Positions 57,908 to 64,000 of a stretch of DNA of 64,000 nucleotides are shown here, piece by piece. The DNA is taken from positions 69,564,001-69,628,000 of the forward strand of contig OZ024741.1 in assembly GCA_964016885.1 (NCBI GenBank), written 5' to 3'. Origin of the DNA: Eledone cirrhosa. Taxonomy: Eukaryota. Numbering within the stretch: the stretch's first letter is position 1; each line of letters opens with the position of its first letter. The notes beneath the pieces are model-generated. The model worked only from the letters and a program-made list of their open reading frames with translations. It did not search any database and was not told the origin of the DNA. Position numbers and translations under genes: made by a program.

Positions 57908-58648
57908 ATGGCATTGGAAAAATTTAAAACAGAAATAGAACTGTTGCGATTAAGAGCCAACTCCAACGAAGAAAAATTCAAGTCACTCGACCAACAGATG
58001 GACACAGAAATCTCAAAGCACTCTGAAGGCCTACTCTACAAAAAAACCCTAAAACTTTGGAAAGAAAACTGTGAGGATGAAGAACTCACATCCCTCCAGC
58101 GATGGGAAAAAAACGCCACCTGGTTCAACAACTACGAAATGGACTTCAAAAATGAACAACATACAGGTAACCCATTTTTAAAACAAACTAAAACTCACAC
58201 ACCACATGCACAACAAATAACAAAAAAAGTAACAAAACGTCCAACATACCCCCAGCAAAACTATAACGATAATCCCAGAAACCATAGACAAAACTATAAC
58301 CCTACTAACAAAAACCAAAGATCCCCGAACACAAGGCAGGACCTGATCCGCAGATCACAACCCACACAAAACCTATTCCAAAACCGTAGACCCCTGCCCA
58401 CACAGAGCCTGTTCCAAAACCATAGATCCCAACCCACACAAAGGAACCAAATCTACAACCCGGACTATCAACAAACCGAACCTCAATACGTCCGAAACTT
58501 CTATACAAGACCACACAACAACAGGGGAAATACCATTAGATATAATAATACCAATGAAAAAACATTCCAGAAAAATCATTTTTTAGACCAAGGCTACAGG
58601 ACTCACGACACCCGGTGGCACAAACCGATTTTGAAAAACCGAAAATAA
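57908..58648 (+). CDS. PLE upstream ORF1 (coiled-coil-like N half, N/Q/R/P-rich C half)
   Basis: 246-aa ORF whose frame is open from about 57742. It overlaps the RT frame by about 90 nt. Confidence 0.6.
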   Translation: MALEKFKTEIELLRLRANSNEEKFKSLDQQMDTEISKHSEGLLYKKTLKLWKENCEDEELTSLQRWEKNATWFNNYEMDFKNEQHTGNPFLKQTKTHTPHAQQITKKVTKRPTYPQQNYNDNPRNHRQNYNPTNKNQRSPNTRQDLIRRSQPTQNLFQNRRPLPTQSLFQNHRSQPTQRNQIYNPDYQQTEPQYVRNFYTRPHNNRGNTIRYNNTNEKTFQKNHFLDQGYRTHDTRWHKPILKNRK

Positions 58649-60884
58649 TTAACATTTCAAATACAAACCTCTCAGCCCAACAAGTAAAAATTCTCTCCAA
58701 AGGTCTGAAATTCACACCAACACCACAATATCCTAACCCCAACGAGATAAATGACGATATCTCACACTTCTGTAGAAAATTACGTCTCACAGAGGAATTC
58801 TTTGACAAGGAGAATAACGACGAATCAATTGTACGGAATAAAAGCAGCTACAACCCAACAAAAGGTAGAAACAGAGTTCTGGACAAATTTTGTGACCACA
58901 TAGCTACCTTCCCATACCATGAACTACCGCAACCTAAACCCAAACCCAACACAAGTCGAAGGGAATGGGAGATTATCCATGAACTAAAAAACAATCCGGA
59001 CATTGTAATTAAGGATGCGGACAAGGGAAGTACTGTTGTCATTATGGAGGCTGAAAAATATAAAAATTCTATGTTCTCTCTCTTACAAAATGCTAATTAC
59101 TATGAAAGAGTAAAAAACTACCAGCAATCAAAAATAATGACCAAATTAAACACACTGATTTATCGATACCAGTAAGACCTAACTAAAAAGGAACGCGATT
59201 ATTTAACAAATTTTGAATACAAAACCAGCAACCTTTACAGACTTCCGAAGATCCACAAATGTAAAATAATCAACGATGCCTGTAAACAATCCACCTCAGC
59301 CTGCGTGAACACACAATACCCCACAGACCTTAAATTAAGACCAATTGTAGCGGGCCCACAATGTGAAACACACAGATTGAGCAACTTTATAGACATACTA
59401 CTGAAACCAATACTGAAACACATACCAAGCCTTGTAAGAGACGATCTGGACCTCTTAAACCACCTCCCCAAACATGTCAACAACGACACTATTATTGTGT
59501 CTTTCGATGTAGTGAATCTCTACACAACGATCCCACACCAATACGGACTAGAAGCAATAGGATTCTGGCTAGAGAAATATCCCAATGAGATACCTGACAG
59601 AATAGAAAAAAGCTTCATCACCGAGGGATTAAAATTCATCCTACAGAACAACTTTTTTGATTTCGATGGCAATACTTACAAGCAAATATCGGGGACTGCG
59701 ATGGGCACAAAAGCCGCTCCAACTTATGCCAACTTAGTCATGGCATACTTAGAAGTCCAGATATATGAACAGTCCAAATCAAAATACGGATTGAACTTCC
59801 ACAAATATTTATCAGAGAATTGGAAACGCTACTTGGATGATTGCCTCATTCTTTGGTCCCACACACTCGACCAACTGAAGGATTTCAAAAACTTAATAAA
59901 CGGCATCAATAACCACATCCAATTCACAATGGAATACAGCCAAGATCAACTCCCATTTCTGGACATCTTAATCACAAAAAAGACACAAATATCGAAACTG
60001 ACATACACTACAAACCAACAGATTCCAAACAATATCTGCTATTCACCTCCAACCATCCAAAGCACACGAAGACGAACATTCCTTTTAACCTAGCAAGAAG
60101 AATTTGCACAATTGTCTCCAATTATGAAACGCGAAATAAAAGACTTCAAGAATTAAAGGAAATTCTACTTGAGAGAGAGTACCCACTATTACTAATAAAT
60201 AATGGAATAGAAAGGGCTAAAGCAATAGGCATTGATGAATTACGGAAACAGAAACAAATTCAAGGTACGTCCAATATTCTATCATATATCTCAACACACA
60301 ACCCAAGAAATGCGGAAGCTTACAACACTATTCACAATAACATCCCACTACTAAAACAAAACCCAAGAATGAAAAAAGCCCTTGAAACACACAAAATAAT
60401 CAAAAGCAAAAGACAACTAAAATCACTGAAAACATTACTCACCAATGCCAAATTACCTACCACAAACCCACAACCAAGTATCAAAAAATGTGGTCGCTCT
60501 AATTGTGGAACCTGCACTCACCTCATTGAAGGCAACACGTATACATTTAAATCAGGACAAAATTTTACTGTAAAAAATCACTTCACTTGCTCATCAAAAA
60601 ATCTAATTTATGCCATTAAATGTAAAGGATGCAATGAAGATTATATAGGACAAACTAAACTCACACTCAGAAACAGAATGACAGTTCATCGCCAACAATT
60701 ACGAGATCCAACCACGAGACAGATACCACTAAGTGCATATCTAGACATTTGCGCAAGTAATAAGACACCCAAATTCCAAGTCTTCCCATTTTACCTTTGC
60801 GCTAACAATACAACAGAACAAATGCGAATAAATAAGGAAAATATGTTTATTCAAAAATATAGACCAACATTAAATAAGGTTTAA
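58579..60884 (+). pseudogene. PLE reverse transcriptase plus GIY-YIG endonuclease, disrupted
   Basis: LSKGLKF, ADKG, LPKIHK, RPIV, DVVNLYT, GTAMG, RYLDD, LPFLD, CGRSNCGTC and NLIYAIKCKGCNEDYIGQT. In-frame TAA at 59173-59175 and a 1-nt frameshift in an A-run near 59976-59981. Confidence 0.9.
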
Positions 60885-61908
60885 TATACATTATGTCAAC
60901 ACCACAATATGACATACACACACACACATAAAACCTTCTACTTTAGAAAATAAAAACCCGAACTAAATAAACCTTAAACATACGTTTGCACTGGCAATAC
61001 AATAGCAAACACGAAAAAGTCAGGAAAATATGTTCATTCAAAAATATTCCTACTAAAGGAATCATTTTCCTACACACACACATACACACACACACAATAT
61101 ATATATATATATATATTCTCTTCATCTTAACATGCTAACCATACTCCCACACACATAACACCCATACACACACATAACAACCCCCACACCTACAACACCC
61201 TCCCCATTTCTACTAATAGAACCACTTTCCTACACACATATATATATACACACACACAAAATATATATTCTCTCTATCTAACATACTCGCACACACACAC
61301 ATAATACACAACTCCCTCCCCCATCTCTACTAATAGAATCATCTTCCAATACACACATATACACACACACACACACATATACAAACACACAAGCACACAA
61401 ATAAACACATATCTTCAGTCTCAATAGAAAATCTGAACTCTGACACCTGAACTCTGACAGCTGGCCATATTCACTGAACCAGAACATTTCTCCCAATCCC
61501 TTTTCCCTTGACCACTATCTCTCCATTGTCATAACATTCACTATAAAGACTACAGAATAGTTTTCCAAATAAGGGCGCAAAAATGTAATGAAAACTTGTT
61601 CACGTGACAGCCAAATTTCATTTATAACCAACCAAAAAAAAGCCTTCGTGAGCCTCATTTTTTCAAGTAAAAAGAAATTCAAACACTCATATATGAAAAA
61701 ACAACCTGTGACAACCCCCCCTCCCCCCTCTCTTATTTGAAGAACTATTGTAACGCGAACTGGCGCGAAATTTATTATAATTATTGACAAACCAATCAAA
61801 TTACTTCTCGAAAAACCTGGTTTTCGAGCCACTTTTTCCATATAAAACAAGTAACATTTAGAGACCAACCAGATGTGAGAAAAACCACAGACCCTCCATC
61901 TCAACTCA

Positions 61909-61946
61909 CCTTTTGAAAAGCAGAAGAACTGCGAAACCGGTAAAGG
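61909..61946 (+). ncRNA. Minimal type I hammerhead with U3-A8 covariation
   Basis: CCTT-TTGAAAA-GCAG(AAGAA)CTGC-GAAA-CCGG-TA^AAGG. Confidence 0.8.
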
Positions 61947-62077
61947 AACCAAATAAATATATATATTTTTAAAAAAAATAAGACTTCAGTTGCATTTTCG
62001 ATTTCATCCCTTTTTCTTTATACTTCCACTCGTGTAGGACACCTCGGTTATTTTTCATTTTGTAAAAAAAACCTCAC

Positions 62078-62136
<59 letters not shown>

Positions 62137-62357
62137 TTAAAATAACAGATTAAAGTTTAAGCAAAGAATCGCTGCTTTCACCCTTAACGGGATCCCGTCT
62201 TTCCACAAACGAGCGTATTTTCAACGACCATTCCACTTATTACAATGAAGCTCTTGCTCGAAGTGGATTTGTCGATAAGGTAGCACATACAGAGTACGAA
62301 AATAGACCTAGAAGAAATAGATCCCGTCGCATTTGTTGGTATAACCCACCATATAAT

Positions 62358-63008
62358 ATGGAGGTGGCCACACCATTAGCTAAGATCTTTCTTTCCCTTA
62401 TTACGAAGCATTTTCCCCCTACACATAAATATAGTAACATTTTTAATAGAAATACTATTAAAATTTCTTACTCTACGACTCCTAACCTTGCACATAACAT
62501 CACAGCTTCAAATTTAGCTAAACTACCTAGCCGTGGGAACACATGCAACCCTGTAGTTAGTACTAACTGTAATTGTAGGAATCGGGTTGATTGCCCCCTA
62601 TCCGGGAAATGCCTCTCTAGTAACATTGTCCACAAATGTAACGTTGTAACACCCACGTCCCGTAGGGCCTACATAGGGTTAACCGCCAATAGATTCAAGC
62701 AGCGTCTTTACACGCATACACATTCTTTTCGTTACCCTCTAAGAAGGAATATGACGTCACTTTCAGCTTATACCTGGAGTCTAAAAGACAACCACACCCA
62801 ATATAAGTTACACTGGGAGATCCTAGCTAAGGCTAGATCGTATAACGGAAATAAAAGACCATGTGACCTCTGCGCCGCTGAGGCCCTGGAAATACTCTAC
62901 GCCACAGACCACATCTTAAACCAAAAATCTGAGGCAATTTCGGCTTGTAAACATAAATTGCACAACACTTTCCTGTATTACAGCGTCACGTTATACCTTA
63001 ATGGATAG
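62358..63008 (+). CDS. Naiad-type PLE C-terminal region with Cys-rich linker and GIY-YIG endonuclease (truncated)
   Basis: 216-aa ORF. The frame extends upstream to the truncation point (YNEALARSGF...WYNPPY). Confidence 0.75.
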   Translation: MEVATPLAKIFLSLITKHFPPTHKYSNIFNRNTIKISYSTTPNLAHNITASNLAKLPSRGNTCNPVVSTNCNCRNRVDCPLSGKCLSSNIVHKCNVVTPTSRRAYIGLTANRFKQRLYTHTHSFRYPLRRNMTSLSAYTWSLKDNHTQYKLHWEILAKARSYNGNKRPCDLCAAEALEILYATDHILNQKSEAISACKHKLHNTFLYYSVTLYLNG

Positions 63009-63170
63009 TACGATCTATACGTGGATATTTTACGTCTTGATGTGAGAGCTAAGTATATGTTTTGTTTATACCATTACTTATTTGCATAGCGAACGTTTCC
63101 ACGAACCAAAGTATCGTCTTCCTGTCTTCCTCCGGTTGCAACGTTTTTTGAAATATCCACTTCTGCGTTT

Positions 63171-63246
63171 ACAGATTGACTTTGTTAGTTTCAGAAGATC
63201 CCGTTAAGGGTGAAAGCAGCGATTCTTTGCTTAAACTTTAATCTGT
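63171..63246 (+). ncRNA. Type I hammerhead with variant core CAGAAGA
   Basis: ACAGATTGA..AGTTT-CAGAAGA-TCCC(GTTAA)GGGT-GAAA-GCAG...TTGC-TT^AAACT-TTAATCTGT. Confidence 0.65.
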
Positions 63247-63347
63247 TATTTTAATAAATATTTGCTCTACGGTTCTCATATATTTGATATATATTTATCC
63301 TTATCGAGCCCTCTTTGGATTTTAGTCTTGAAATTTATTATTATTAC

Positions 63348-63387
<40 letters not shown>

Positions 63388-63411
63388 GCAAACCTCTCTC
63401 TCTATATATAT

Positions 63412-63870
63412 AGTAATAATAATAAATTTGAAGACTAAAATCCAAAGAGGGCTCAATAAGGATAAATATATATCAAATATATAAGAACCCTAGAGCAAAT
63501 ATTTATTAAAATAACAAATTAAAGTTTAAGCAAAGAATCGCTGCTTTCACCCTTAACGGGATCTTCTGAAACTAAAAGAATCAATCTGTGAACGCAGAAG
63601 CAAATATTTCGAAAAACGTTGCAACCGAAGGAAAACAGGAAGACGATACTTTGGTTCGTGGAGACGTTCCCTGGCAATAAACGGAAATAAAGCGAAGCTA
63701 ATACGTCATTATGTGGATCGATGAGAACAATTACACACAAAGAGAAAACCACATTTATGGTATAAATAAAGTCGTAGACTAATATTCTATTTAGGAAACC
63801 GAATGATTCTCGGCTTCAGAGTTAAGAATAAATAAATTACAGGGGTTATTGAAATCAACAATAATTAAAT
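63412..63870 (-). mobile_element. Second, diverged Naiad-type 3' end/pLTR, tail-to-tail with the first
   Basis: 63412-63670 is an imperfect reverse complement of 63090-63348 and includes the hammerhead at 63514-63589. Confidence 0.75.
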
Positions 63871-64000
63871 ATATACATACACGCATCCATATATGTATAC
63901 ACATGCATACGCGAAAACACCCGCCATGGTATGCATATACAAGCATGTACACAAAAGCACGCGCACACATACAAAAACACGCGCAACACCCGTACCCGCA

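Larger units (their letters stand above)
56176..62080 (+). mobile_element. Neptune-type Penelope-like retroelement with an inverted duplication of its 3' 1.55 kb
   Basis: 56176-57723 is the near-identical reverse complement of 60477-62022. Contains PLE RT and GIY-YIG motifs and a hammerhead near each end, with (TA)n flanks. Confidence 0.93.
62133..63348 (+). mobile_element. 5'-truncated Naiad-type Penelope-like element (RT C-terminus, GIY-YIG, pLTR) with a short 5' inverted pLTR piece
   Basis: WYNPPY, FNRNTIKISYS, CNCR..CPLSGKCL, NIVH..YIGLT..FKQR, TSLSAYTWSLK, CDLC..E and LNQKSE..CKH. 62133-62195 is the reverse complement of the pLTR near 63197-63260. Confidence 0.82.

Noticed and set aside
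62565-62615. Selenocysteine recoding in the Naiad Cys-rich linker
   Set aside because: Some Naiads are reported to use UGA-Sec, but all Cys codons here are TGT/TGC with no in-frame TGA.

Overview
AT-rich, microsatellite- and repeat-dense eukaryotic DNA, most likely from a cephalopod such as Octopus (inferred from the SINE/LINE types and a mollusc-like GAPDH). The only host gene I can support is a complete GAPDH on the minus strand: 9 coding exons from 29924 down to 13425, all GT-AG, 1008 nt, 335 aa. The rest is mobile DNA: RTE LINEs with a PHD finger inside the RT, CR1 and L1/Tx1 fragments, CORE- and Nin/Deu-type tRNA SINEs, and piggyBac- and Tc1-type MITEs. The most interesting content is a Penelope-like element (PLE) and ribozyme system inserted in (TA)n tracts. 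(1) A Neptune-type PLE with 1.55-kb inverted arms, a U3-A8 hammerhead, and a candidate programmed -1 frameshift (U UUU UUA) joining a coiled-coil ORF1 to RT-GIY-YIG. (2) A Naiad-type PLE 3' part with a variant-core hammerhead. (3) A 336-nt tandem hammerhead retrozyme-like repeat. (4) A 284-bp tandem/inverted repeat carrying a fully paired tRNA-like cloverleaf on a 19-bp helix. All structures were read by eye and not computed.
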